From NCBI GenBank assembly GCA_040954595.2, contig CM082589.2:9002894-9066893 (forward strand): a DNA stretch of 64,000 bases. The letters are read 5' to 3'. Source of the DNA: Balanoglossus misakiensis (lineage: Eukaryota > Animalia > Hemichordata). Below, one piece after another: positions 24,641-35,949 of this stretch. The stretch's first letter is position 1. The number at the start of each line of letters is the position of its first letter. The position numbers and the translations under genes are program-made. Below the pieces are notes generated by a model. That model saw only the letters and a list, made by a program, of their open reading frames with translations. It was not told where the DNA came from and did not search any database.

Positions 24641-27600
24641 TCATTCTGTAACATAGTCATTTCGATAACGTTCTGGCATCCTGATCACACGTCCACTTGA
24701 TGTTCGCTTTTCAGATGGATGCTTTGTTGTTTCGGGAGCATCTTCCAGTGGCAAGGCTGTTTCTGGATCGTCAATCGGCATGTTTTCATCGTCTGGTGGT
24801 TCCTGGTCATGTGCTGATATCATACTGGATTTGGGCCACGGTGCTTTCAATAGATGTCTCCTGTTTCGCCGGTACTGTTGGCCTTCGGGAGTGGTGACGA
24901 TGTATGATCGTGGGGATCCATGTTTTCCGGTAACAGTTGCTGGTTTCCACACCTTGTCACATCTTATTCCCACAGTCTCGTCTTCTTTGATTTGTGGCAG
25001 TGTTTTGGTGTGTTGGTCATAGTATTTCTTCTGCTTCTCTTGTCGGATCAACAACTCAGATCTTGCTTCAGTGGCCATTTGTGGACTCAGCATTCTTGGT
25101 GAGACAGGTATCTTAGACTTCAACATTCTGCTCATCAATAGTTGTGCTGGTGAGGTGGTCATACCTGACACCGGTGTGTTTCGGTACTCCAGGAGCGCTA
25201 TGTATGGATCTTTGTTGTTATCCATTGCCTTTTTGAGCAATTTCTTGACGGTTTGAATGGCTCTCTCACTCATGCCATTCGACTGGGCATAGGTTGGGCT
25301 TGATGTGGTGATTTTGAACCCCCATTCCGTGGCAAACTGTCGGAAACGCTGGCTCGCAAATGGAACATTGTCGGCTAGAACTTCATCAGGAATACCGTGT
25401 CGTGCGAAGACTGACTTCATTTGGGTTATCACGGCTTCTGCTGTCTTTGCTTTGAGCAAACCTATTTCTGGGTACTTCGAGAAATAATCCACCATCAGGA
25501 GGTAGTCACTGCCATTCAAATGGAAGATATCAGCCCCAATCTTTTGCCACACGCGCTCAGGAACAGGGTGAGGTATCAACGGTTCTTTTTGGTTCACTCT
25601 TTGATACTTGGTGCATACTGCACATCTTGACACGGTGTCCTCAATGTCCCTTGACATCCCTGGCCAGTATATGACTGCTCTCGCTCGTGCTTTGCATTTC
25701 TCCATGCCTAGATGACTCTCATGGATGATTTCTAGCATGCGCTTCCTCCACGATGTTGGTATTATCAATCTTTCACCAACAAACATGAGACCACTGGCTT
25801 CATGTACCTCATCTCTGATGGGCCAGTATGACCCAATAGGCCCCACTAGCTGGTGTTTGTGGTCTGGCCACCCTTGTTTGACGATTTTGTTGAGCGCTTG
25901 AAGGGCTTCGTCCTCAGCGGTGGCATCTCTGAGCTCGTTCAGTCTGTCAGGTGTTGCAGGGAAGTTCTCAACTAGAGAATGTACCACAACATCCATCACG
26001 TCATCCAGTTTTTCGTCCTCTTTTGTGTGGCTCAAATATGCCCTTGATAATGTGTCAGCGACATACATCTCTTTTCCAGGCACATATCTGACATTGAGCT
26101 GGTATCTTTGTAATTTCATCATCATGCGCTGGAGTCGGGGAGACGCTTTGCACAATGGTTTCTTCAGTATTGTCTCGAGTGGCTTGTGGTCCGACTGGAC
26201 TTCGATGACCCTTCCATATACGTATTGGTGGAAACGCTCACAAGAGAATACAATCGCAAGCATCTCTTTTTCGATTTGTGCATAATTCTTCTCCGCCAGA
26301 GTTAAAGAGCGTGATGCATATGCTACGGGATGGTCACCTTGGAACAGGCACGATCCGAGGCCACTCTGGGATGCATCTGTCTGTATGCGTACAGGCTTGT
26401 TGACGTCAAAGAACTTCAACACCGGTCCACTGGTCAGGCATTCTTTGATCCGATCCAGTGCACGGTCTTGTTCATGTCCCCACATCCACAAGACCTTGCC
26501 GGAGAGTAGCTCACGAAGTGGTGCCGTTATCTCAGACATGTTTGGAATAAACTGAGATAAATAGTTGACCATTCCAAGCAGGCGTCTCAGGTCTTCCTTG
26601 CATTCAGGCTTTGGCAACTCCATTATTGCTCTCACCTTGTCGCTGTCCGGTTTCAACCCATCAGCTGTCACAAGGTTTCCTACGTATTTCACTTCGTTTA
26701 CATGTAGCTTGATTTTGTCCTTGTTTAACTTGACGTTGTTTTCTCTGGCTCTGTCCATCACTCTTCTAAGTGTTTTGTCTGCGTCTGTTTTGTCTTCGCC
26801 TGCAATTATTAAATCATCGACGATTACTTGAACTCCACTGATGTCATTGAACACCTGTTCATTTCGTTTCTGAAATATTTCACTGGCTGAACATATCCCA
26901 AATGGGAGCCGCTTGAAACGGTACCGGCCGAATGGTGTGTTGAAAGTGCATAGGTATGAGCTCTCTTCGTCAAGCTTGATGTGCCAGTAACCATCTTTCA
27001 TGTCAACAATGGAGAAAACTTTCATCCCATTGAGCTTGGCTGAAATGTCCTCTGGGGTGGGGATGGGGTAATGCTCTCTCTTGATCGCCTTGTTGAGATC
27101 TTTCGGGTCCAAACACACTCTCAGAGATCCATCTTTCTTTTCGATGATCACCAGGCTGTTGACCCAATCCGTTGGTTTGTCAACTTTGGCTATCACGCCA
27201 CTGTCTTCCATTGATTTCAACTTCTTTTGCAGCCTGCTTCGTATGCTGAACGGGACCTTTCTGACCGGGTGGACTACTGGTTTTATTTCATCATTTAGTT
27301 CAATGTGATATTCCCCTGGTAGTTCTCCTAAGCCGGTGAAAAGATCGCCATAGCTCTCCAACAGTGACTCTTTTGTGAGGTATTTGTTGTCACTCACTGT
27401 ATCGATTCGTTGTATGAGGTTTAGCTTCAAACATGACTTCAGACCCAATAATGGTGGTGAACTTACATCAGCAATGTAAAAATCCAGCATTTCTGTGTGG
27501 TCTTTTACGGTGCACTTTAGCGTTGCCATTCCATGGGGTACCACTTTCGCATCTCCATAAACAGATAGCACAGTTGTAGTTGGCACTAGCTTTGGTTTCA

Positions 27601-28612
27601 TTTTGTCTGGAATCTGCCTGTATGTTTTCAGTGGGAGGACATTCGCACTCGCTCCAGAGTCCAGCTTTACTTTTACCTTCAATCCGCTCAGCATCAGTGT
27701 AGCATACCATGCGACATCACTGTGACGAGCTTGGAAATCATGCACCTCAACCGTTGTCAGCTCTCCCACAAACAATTGGTCCGAGTCGTTGTCATCATTA
27801 TCAGAGTGCTCTTCTACTGTGTGTACTCGATCACGTGGCTTGTTTTTGCAAACGTTTGCGAAATGACCGGTCTCATTACACTTGTAGCATTCCTTGCCAA
27901 AGGCTGGGCATGAGCGGGGTCCATGCACTGCTCCACATCTCTTGCATTTGAATGTTCTGCCCCTGTCTTTGTTTTGAGACTCAGCGGCCTTTTTGGCGGG
28001 CTTCCATGGCTTCCTGTTTTGAACAACATGGACTGTTTGTTCTTTTGCCGCCATCGCTTGAATCTGAGATTTGCTAGTTTCTGCAGCACGACACATATCG
28101 ATGGCCTTCGACAATGTTGTAGGTGCCTCTCTCAGCAATCTCTCTCTCAGTTGTACGTCTCGGATGCCTAGTACAATACGATCTAGAATGTTCAAATCTT
28201 CCTGATTACCTTTGTTGAATTCGCACGTTCTCGCTCTTTTCCTCAGCTCCGTGACGAATTGATCAATGGACTCGCCCTCGCTCTGGACACAGTCCCAAAA
28301 TCTGTATCGCTCAAACAGCGTGTTTTTCCGCGGGTTGCAATGAGCCTTAAACTTCGCAATATTAGCCTCGAAACTGTCTTTGTCCGTCTCTGGTTCGAAC
28401 TTGAACGTGTCGTACAATTCGACAGCGTCGTCACCCACGCAGTGAAGAAGTAACGCAATTTTCGTACCTTCATCAGCGGTTGCTTCTGCCCCCGAGGCTC
28501 TTAGGTAGATGAGAAATTTCCGTTCAAATCTACGCCAATTCTCGGACAAATTTCCTTCCAGGGACAGGTGTTCTGGCTCCTTGAGCTGTAACATCTGTTG
28601 TGCGGCCGCCAT
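24641..28612 (-). CDS. Gag-Pol polyprotein, 1323 aa
   Basis: Two CCHC knuckles (CKRCGAVHGPRSC, CYKCNETGHFANVC), protease LDSGAS, RT (LPFG, IVDD), RNase H (TDASQSGLG, SDHKPL), integrase (HESHLG..CAVC, ADN, SNGMSER) in Gypsy domain order. Confidence 0.97.
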   Translation of the reverse strand: MAAAQQMLQLKEPEHLSLEGNLSENWRRFERKFLIYLRASGAEATADEGTKIALLLHCVGDDAVELYDTFKFEPETDKDSFEANIAKFKAHCNPRKNTLFERYRFWDCVQSEGESIDQFVTELRKRARTCEFNKGNQEDLNILDRIVLGIRDVQLRERLLREAPTTLSKAIDMCRAAETSKSQIQAMAAKEQTVHVVQNRKPWKPAKKAAESQNKDRGRTFKCKRCGAVHGPRSCPAFGKECYKCNETGHFANVCKNKPRDRVHTVEEHSDNDDNDSDQLFVGELTTVEVHDFQARHSDVAWYATLMLSGLKVKVKLDSGASANVLPLKTYRQIPDKMKPKLVPTTTVLSVYGDAKVVPHGMATLKCTVKDHTEMLDFYIADVSSPPLLGLKSCLKLNLIQRIDTVSDNKYLTKESLLESYGDLFTGLGELPGEYHIELNDEIKPVVHPVRKVPFSIRSRLQKKLKSMEDSGVIAKVDKPTDWVNSLVIIEKKDGSLRVCLDPKDLNKAIKREHYPIPTPEDISAKLNGMKVFSIVDMKDGYWHIKLDEESSYLCTFNTPFGRYRFKRLPFGICSASEIFQKRNEQVFNDISGVQVIVDDLIIAGEDKTDADKTLRRVMDRARENNVKLNKDKIKLHVNEVKYVGNLVTADGLKPDSDKVRAIMELPKPECKEDLRRLLGMVNYLSQFIPNMSEITAPLRELLSGKVLWMWGHEQDRALDRIKECLTSGPVLKFFDVNKPVRIQTDASQSGLGSCLFQGDHPVAYASRSLTLAEKNYAQIEKEMLAIVFSCERFHQYVYGRVIEVQSDHKPLETILKKPLCKASPRLQRMMMKLQRYQLNVRYVPGKEMYVADTLSRAYLSHTKEDEKLDDVMDVVVHSLVENFPATPDRLNELRDATAEDEALQALNKIVKQGWPDHKHQLVGPIGSYWPIRDEVHEASGLMFVGERLIIPTSWRKRMLEIIHESHLGMEKCKARARAVIYWPGMSRDIEDTVSRCAVCTKYQRVNQKEPLIPHPVPERVWQKIGADIFHLNGSDYLLMVDYFSKYPEIGLLKAKTAEAVITQMKSVFARHGIPDEVLADNVPFASQRFRQFATEWGFKITTSSPTYAQSNGMSERAIQTVKKLLKKAMDNNKDPYIALLEYRNTPVSGMTTSPAQLLMSRMLKSKIPVSPRMLSPQMATEARSELLIRQEKQKKYYDQHTKTLPQIKEDETVGIRCDKVWKPATVTGKHGSPRSYIVTTPEGQQYRRNRRHLLKAPWPKSSMISAHDQEPPDDENMPIDDPETALPLEDAPETTKHPSEKRTSSGRVIRMPERYRNDYVTE

Positions 28613-28661
28613 CGTGACGAAATTGTAGAGGCTCGTGTGGGTGTTTTTTTTTTTTATGGCG

Positions 28662-28679
28662 ATCCCACTTCTGACACCA
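28662..28679 (-). promoter_or_regulatory. Primer binding site, likely tRNA-Leu
   Basis: TGGTGTCAGAAGTGGGAT on the minus strand directly after the 5' LTR; matches the tRNA-Leu(CAA) 3' end as recalled, not searched. Confidence 0.8.
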
Positions 28680-28807
28680 TGTGATGTTTATTGACAAACT
28701 CTAACACTGAAGAATACTCGGAAAGTACAGACCATAATATGTGTACTACAATATCGAAGGGCATGATGGGTAATGCATACGTCATTGTTTAGGCAATATA
28801 TATCACA

Positions 28808-29530
28808 GAACCTGAACGCCCTCAGTGTGTTAAGCAGATACTTGTGATCAACACGATCAAAGGCTTTCATCTGATCAAATTTCAGAATGGCACCTGGACA
28901 GTTACTGGATTCAACATGATGAATGAGATCTCTCATACAGAAAACATTGTCCACAATGTCACGACCTGGGACACAGCAAGTTTGATCCGGGCTGACAATT
29001 GAGGGCATAATTCTATCGAGCCTTATGGCGAGTGTTTTAGCAATAATTTCGTAATCACAGTTGAGGAGGGTTATAGGGCGCCAATTTTTAATGTAACGGG
29101 GGTCACTGTCTGCTTTAGGGATTGAAGTAATAAGCCCAGTTTTCCACTCATCGGGGAGAATGTTATTGGAGAAAATACAGTTGAAAATGTCAAGCAAATC
29201 ATCTTTGATATCTTCCCAAAAGTGAAGATAAAACTCGTACGGTAAACCATCAGCGCCTGGGCTTTTATTATGAATACATTTAGAGAGGGCAAAAGTCACC
29301 TCTTCTACCGAAAACTCTGAATCGGCGGCAGCGCACTCCTCATCAGAAACAGTATTTGTGATGTAACCAAGGGAAGTATTTTGAAGTGCAAGATCACAAG
29401 GCTCATTGTTATAAAGCTTAGAGTAAAATGTATGAGCTTCTGAGATTATATCAGTATTGTCAGCGAGAATTTCATTGTTGTCAGTAATTACTGATTTGAT
29501 GCATTTTCTTTCCTGCTTAGACTTTTCTGG
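28808..29530 (-). mobile_element. L1/Tx1-clade LINE ORF2 fragment cut by the Gypsy 5' LTR
   Basis: NKSPGADGLPYEFY, KNWRPITLLNCDY, PDQTCCVPGRDI, DQMKAFDRVDHKYL; frame open up to the LTR junction. Confidence 0.9.
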
Positions 29531-30019
29531 GTCGGCAATTCAATACTATTGACATGACTATGAGTGGGCCACAGCAGAAACTAGAAGAAACTAAACAGTA
29601 CCTCCCCATGTGGTTGTCTAGGAAACGGTCTAATAAAAGAGAATAGTTATACTCATTGTTTAGCCCATTATAATCTGTGTACACTCAATTTTACCACAAT
29701 CCATCATCACATTTGTTAATTGTTTATTAAAACCTTCCAAATATGTTGCCCATTATTATACCATTTACATTTGTAAACCAATCATCATACCCTTCATACA
29801 AGCAATTGCTGATTGCTGTTAACCCTTGTGTACACAAGCCATCAACACGAAATAGACATGAATTTCACATAACACAGTTTGTCAGTGCTGAAAATGAAGT
29901 TATCATGACCATTACCTATGCTAATTAAAAGTGTACGTGGCAACTTGACCTTAGCAGGCGCTGCCTTATTATGCTCACTGTCAGAGTATAAATAAATGTA
30001 CAGACGCAAATTAGACAAC

Positions 30020-31105
30020 AGTCCCTTATCGGTAAACTGGCCTTTCTGGCAGGTTGCGTCAGGCCAGGCATGTCTTTATCTCACGGTTATTAGACAAGTT
30101 GCGCACGCTGCGACGTCAACATCATCGTTTCCATATCAATGCCGAGTTCAAAAAAGATATTCTGTGGTGGACCTCATACCTAGAGCATTTCAATGGTATA
30201 TCAATGTTACCCACTGGGGATTGGGGGTTCCCAGACCAATTTCTCACCACAGATGCATGCTTACTAGGGGCCGGTGGCACCTTTCTGGATGAGTATTTCC
30301 ATTGCCAATTTCCCCAAACCATTCGTGAAAAAGAATACCACATCAGCATTCTAGAATTCTTGACTGTAATGGTTGCATGTAAACTGTGGGCCACTCAACT
30401 AATGGGCAGACAATTTATCATTCAGTGTGATAACGAAGCCACTGTTCACGTCCTTAACTCCGGTCGTACTAGAGATGTTGAAATGCGCAAGGGAAATATG
30501 GTTCGTTGCTTCCCAATATCAGTTTCAAATCAAGGCAGTACATGTCAGCGGCCCTTCTAATCGTATTGCAGACATCAGACATACTCAGCCGTTGGGACAC
30601 CGATGATCGTAGCCATGTCAAATTCATAGAATTGACAGGGGCTAAACAATTGACAGAAAAGTACGTCGACAGCACATTATTCAATTTCACTCATGACTGG
30701 TATTTTCTCCATTTTTCACAGGAGCAGAAGCCTTCAACAAAGGATTAAGAATATTCCACCGAAAGTGGACCTCTACCATTTCTGCTGCTTATGCACATGG
30801 GACAATTTCAAATTTTCACTCGCAGTGGAAGACTTACTTCCTGTTTTGCATTTTCATTGGTTTGAAGCCAGTTCCTGCCTCCACAACCAGTTTAGCTTTG
30901 TTCGTTCAGTGTTTATCGGCAACAATTAGAAATGTTGGTACCTTGAAAATCTACCTTAATGCAGTTCGCCTGCTACATGAGTTGAATGGTTTTGACGGGC
31001 AAGTGGTTCACCATCTGTCTTTATGTTTAACTTTGCAGGGCATCGCACACACCTACCATCAAGTTCCCAAACGCAAATTAGCCATCACGCTTTCTATTTT
31101 GCCGT
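30020..31105 (+). mobile_element. DIRS/Ngaro-type tyrosine-recombinase retrotransposon fragment
   Basis: RT end (IGKLAFLAGCVRPG / VFISRLL), RNase H (TTDACLLGAGG, HISILEFL, QCDNEATV), then YR N-terminus (AYAHGTISNFHSQWKTYFLFC, YLNAVRLLH, KRKLAIT); frameshifted and truncated. Confidence 0.85.
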
Positions 31106-31473
31106 GATTTTAAAGACTGGTGTTTTCGTCTGTACAATCCATTCTTGTACAATATTCTCTTTAAATTTCACAAGCTCAGAATAAAATCGTGATATTTGTT
31201 TTCAAAGCCAACATTACACAATAGTTGAAACCCATGTTGAAATATAAAGGAACTATTACCCACTATTCAAAACATAGTGATGAAATGCTCGAGACTCAGA
31301 TCTGGAAAGCCTTTAGTCTGAAATTTAGCAGTGACTTTCTGGTGACATTGAATGTGATGTACATAATAATTAAACTTTCTGGCCACGTAACCTCCCGCGT
31401 TGATCAGTTAAGCTTTTGACTCCTTAGGTTCATTGCAATAAGATGCGATATAATTTCGTGACCACGAGATAAT

Positions 31474-31787
31474 TATCTCGTGCGCACGACTTAGTATCTC
31501 GTGCTCACGACTTAGTATCTCGTGCGCACGACTTAGTATCTCGGGCTCACGACTTAGTATCTCGTGCTCACGACTTAGCATCTCGTGCGCACGACTTAGT
31601 ATCTCGCGCTCACGACTTAGTATCTTGCTCTCACGACTTAGTATCTCGTGCGCACGACTTAGTATCTCGTGCTCACGACTTAGTATCTCGTGCGCACGAC
31701 TTAGTATCTCGCGCTCACGACTTAGTATCTCGTGCTCACGACTTAGCATCTCGTGCCCACGACTTAGTATCTCGTGCTCACGAGATA
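31474..31787. repeat. Tandem array of 15 x 21-bp units with a palindromic core
   Basis: Unit tatctcgtgc(g/t)cacgacttag; core tcgtgcgcacga is a perfect palindrome in several copies. Confidence 0.95.
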
Positions 31788-31939
31788 AAAAAAAATTTTT
31801 GCTTTACGAAATGTCCCTAACGGGCTTTCATACATATCACATAAGTCATTTATATTTTCATTTTCTATGGTGTTGATTTGAAACCCAGTCAGTATCTCAT
31901 ATTCTGTTCCACATAGAAACAAACTTTCAGCCCCATTTA

Positions 31940-33064
31940 CCATAAAGCTCCTACCCTAGGAGATAGGTGCCGTTAATCAGAATTTTTGGTAAGGAAGGTT
32001 TGAGAAGTCAATTATATGTAAAAAAATGGTGCTGATTCCATAAAAGTCAGTCATTTTGGCCATTTTTAACCCAAAAGGGTCATTTTTAGAAAAAATAAAA
32101 AAAAAACAATGTTTTCGTCACATTCTGAGATCTGATGACCTATTATATGTTTATTATTATGTAAAATTTGGTGAATAATACGAAAAAAGCAGTCAGATTG
32201 ACCCAAAACAACACAAAATTGCCTTTTGGACCATTTTTGACCAAAAAACGTCATTTTTAGAAAAAATAAAAAACACATGGTTTTCTTCATAATGATTTAT
32301 CTGGTGATATAGGGAAAGTCAATGAAGTCAATTAGGTCAATATATATCTAAATCTTGAAAATCAGCTGAAACGTATTCTGGCGAATTGGTTACACGATTA
32401 ACACCTGTTAAATAAACTGAGATGTTACCTTACTATTTTTTTACTCCATTAGCTTTAACTTGGACCTACTTTTTCAGTATATGCTTGAATTTGGAATCAT
32501 TTTGCATTCTCTTTTGTATATATTCACAGTGCTACAACATATTTTGTATGCTAGAACCTTAATATATATGTCGGAGTATGATAGGCTGTCAAACATTCAT
32601 TGTGCGGCCATATTGGATTTATGCAAAATATAAAGTGCAAATGCAAATATTTTTTTTCAAAATTGTTCCAAATGTCATAGAGGTAGATTTGAATAAAACA
32701 TACTAAAATTGCTTGTGTATTACCCGTTAACTGCCCAAATATGTTTTTTTAAGAATACTGTTCACCATATTGAATTTATGCAAATTATGAAAACTGCCCA
32801 TGTCAAATATTATTCCAAAATGTTTCTTCATGAACATGACATATTTTTAAACTTTAAAATCATGGAAAAAATCATGTTTATTTTTTTGATATTTGGCCCA
32901 AAAAATGTCAATATTACATTTATGCAAATTAGACATATTTCCACAAGGTGGATTTGGGTGCATTTTTGATATGTTGTTCTAGACACCTCTCCGAAATATA
33001 TTCTGAAGACAAAATTCTGTTGCAATTTGTGGTGGGTTAGGTGCCCAAATCTCGTACATAGACT
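31940..33064. mobile_element. Decayed DNA-transposon terminal fragments (right end ...gtacatagacta, possibly Academ-like)
   Basis: Internal direct repeats at about 32061 and 32232, repeated tttatgcaaat motifs, CTA terminus; no partner TIR found. Confidence 0.3.
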
Positions 33065-33825
33065 AGACTATAAGTGCATAGCCTTGCAGGTCTTGCTTTT
33101 TACAGCAGATTGTTGATACATTGGACATGGCCTGAGTAACATCACCATAAAAGTGTTTGTGTTGAGTGGGGTCACACTGAGTTTCGGGTGCCTGTTGCAT
33201 TTGATAATCAGTACCAGCACTGAAAGACTCATATAATGCCATCTTATTACATGCCTTGATTTTGCACAAATTATTGCACTACATTAAAAAACATCCCACA
33301 TATTTCTTCAGATTTAAGAATTAATTTTGTCTGCTACTATTTCATCCATGTGCCCGAGCAATCTCAATCCAAATTCAGTTCTGTTTTATTTATTTTTTTC
33401 ATCGATCATTGTACGAACTGACAAAACTTCTGCAAAATTACTTACTATAAGATATACATGTTTAATAACAAGATGGTGAAAAAAAGAATCCTTTAGCTTT
33501 TAAGATTTTTTTCATTAGTAAAATCTTTGCAAACTTATAAGGTTGACAATCTCTTGACATAAAAATAAAGTAAAAAGAAAACTTTCGCCAAAACACACAG
33601 CATGACTGAACTATTGAGTAAATGTAGTATAACATGTCATTAATTAAATTAACTTTATTTAATTGTAATTGTATTTAATTTTCCTTACGTGTACTTTATT
33701 TTGAGTTTGGCAGCTAGTGGAAAATATATAATTTGGATACTGTTGATCGTAAAACTCATCCAAATTGACCTTACTGCCTGATGGAGTACATGGTGTACTT
33801 TTTGAAATATCTGTAATGGGAGCTA

Positions 33826-34395
33826 TCAGTCAATCAATCAATCGAAAACATTTATATGGCGCCAATATCCAGAGTACGGTTCAGTGGCGCCCGATGGTTG
33901 TTCACACACTGTAGGCTTTTTTAAGGATGTACGTTCAGTAAAATTGAAAGTATTGTCATTTTTTTAATTGTGGATTTTTTTATTCTCCTTTGTTTGTATA
34001 ATGAAAATCCGTAATAAAATATAGGGGTCACCGCGCTTGTTTTTGAAATACAGAGCCATGAATTTGGTCGATAATAGAAGAAATCTGCTGACTCAGCATT
34101 TTTCACCAATGGTTTGTCTATGGGCAATTTTTTTAACGCAATTTATCTCAAAATAGAGCGCGGTGACCCCTATATTTTATTTGACCAATGAATTTATATT
34201 TGCTGGACTGAGCTATGTGTAAGATTTCGTGAAAATGACAATAGTAGAAGTTTGTTTTCTGGCGATTATCAATGTAATCCTATGGGAAAAAGACCGGGCG
34301 CGCAGTGTTTCCGGTTTATGTTCTGCGCGTACATCCTTAAACAAGTAAGTCTGCAGTTTCCCCTTAAAAGCGTCTAGATAGGGAGCTAGAGGCAT
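33826..34395 (-). mobile_element. L2/Crack-like LINE 3' tail, split by a Kolobok-like MITE
   Basis: LDAFKGKLQTYLFK|KAY across the insertion; tail ggcgccatataaatg followed by (TTGA)n. Confidence 0.65.
33925..34336. mobile_element. Kolobok-like non-autonomous element
   Basis: TTAA|ggatgtacg ... cgtacatcc|TTAA; internal inverted repeat aataaaatataggggtcaccgcgct / agcgcggtgacccctatattttatt. Confidence 0.85.
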
Positions 34396-34859
34396 ATGCC
34401 TGCTTGGTTCGCTTCGGTGAATGTATTTTCGACGGACATAAGTGCAGATTTCTGCAGCACAAAATAATAAGTCTAGTACTTCTCTGATTGGGTGGTATCT
34501 TCACAGAGGACGTTGGTGTGGAAGGACGGGTCCAGCAGAAGGTTTTCTTCAAGCAGCTCCATGCCTGACTTCTTTTGCTCCAATGCACAGACGATGATAC
34601 TGACAAGATTTTTGAGTGACCTTATATTATGAAGAAAAGCAATCAGTTATATCGGTACGTTAAGAGATTGTAACCGGGGCGTTTGTTCAGATTCAGTATT
34701 TTGTTCATGAAATGAGTGGAAACACTTTGATCAGAATCACTCTCCACTCAGTATGCTTAGGACCTGAGTTAAGAATAACATTGACATTGACCGAGATATT
34801 TTCGTGAATAGCCTTACTCATATTGATGGTTGCATTAATTACTTTTGCATCTTATTTTA

Positions 34860-35247
34860 AGTAATGTGTTCTCATCCGAGGAAGTTTGCAGTTCTGTAAA
34901 TTCGTCTTCAGACTCAACTGCTTCACATTTTTAATCTGAGAGGAATGTTCTTCATCACTATCCGAATCAACATCGTCTATTGAGCGCCTGGCTATGAAAC
35001 CATCGCCACATCTGCATAAATAGTTAAATCTCCAGGCAAAACAGCTGTCTCATTAACATCCGTCGTGTTTACTCTGACATTCATGATAAACATGCATCAC
35101 TATAGACATTTGTGTTGCAAGATTTGAATGAAATTCATCTCCGCATGTGAAGGAAGGACAGACCGAAATTTGTACGCCCCACTGGAACATGGCCATGGGG
35201 ACAAACAAAACTATTGCAATTACCTCACAACCATCAACTGCTGCCAT
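34860..35247 (-). pseudogene. Possible decayed secreted Cys-rich precursor with acidic tail
   Basis: ccgcccATGG start, hydrophobic leader VIAIVLFVPMAMF, Cys pattern ending YLCRC, then RR and SIDDVDSDSDEE; in-frame TAATGA. Confidence 0.3.
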
Positions 35248-35797
35248 GGGCGGTATTTCGAATTCCGTTCCAGGAAAAAACAACAACAACACAGGTTTGA
35301 AGTCATAGCGAACTAAAGTATATACGTTTATTAAACTAACACTAATTTTAATCAAATAATTCCGATCATATCCATCCATATTCCAAATATATTCAATCAA
35401 TTATCACATTTATGTGGCACATTGTACAGACAAACACAACACAATACAGCACAGGTATTACAGTTAGTCCAAAAAGATATCCTCCAGTAGTTGAATGTAC
35501 GCATGTGCACATAATAACTACCTAGATCTATAGTGAATATGTCCTCAAGACATTGGAAACCTGCGATAATTAATACACCTGTGCCACATTTGTTCAAAAA
35601 TAAATGTAGTTACAATTCAATTCAAATACGGTTTAAATGCAGACTTTATTTATTTAGCTTAATCTTAATTATTAAATGTAATAAAGCGACAGTGTTGCGC
35701 TTACTGTAAGAAAAACCTAACTAGCAATCATAAATAATATTTTGCATTTGGTCATTGAGTCAATAACATGGATAAAGCTCAAAGCCAGAACAGTATT

Positions 35798-35949
35798 CTA
35801 TGTGTCATTTTGCAACTTCGGAGCGGGGTCTAGGTTTCTTACAAAACGCGAAATCCCGAGGACCAACACAATATGCACAGCCAGATATGCAGCGATAAAG
35901 CATAGGACTAGAACCATGAAAGTGTTGCCATTGTTACCAAGTTCGTCAC
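35798..35949 (-). pseudogene. Terminal TM exon (DELGNNGNTFMVLVLCFIAAYLAVHIVLVLGISRFVR...) of a decayed mucin-stalk gene
   Basis: Acceptor tttttcttgacag; phase-1 join with the GTAAGT donor at 40763 is in frame. Confidence 0.5.

Larger units (their letters stand above)
24183..28807 (-). mobile_element. Ty3/Gypsy LTR retrotransposon (Mag-like) with two 128-bp LTRs
   Basis: LTRs 24183-24310 and 28680-28807 (TGTGAT...ATCACA, 3 substitutions), PBS, PPT at 24311-24327, single gag-pol ORF. Confidence 0.97.

Noticed and set aside
24697-28473. Numerous short overlapping and antisense ORFs
   Set aside because: Shadows of the gag-pol frame with no independent motifs
28688-28807. C-terminal ~40 aa of the 203-aa RT ORF
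   Set aside because: Read-through of the Tx1 frame into the Gypsy LTR, not a real fusion
31408-31876. 21-bp array as CRISPR or as an (EILSRAH)n protein
   Set aside because: No unique spacers or cas genes, eukaryotic context; the ORFs arise because 21 is a multiple of 3
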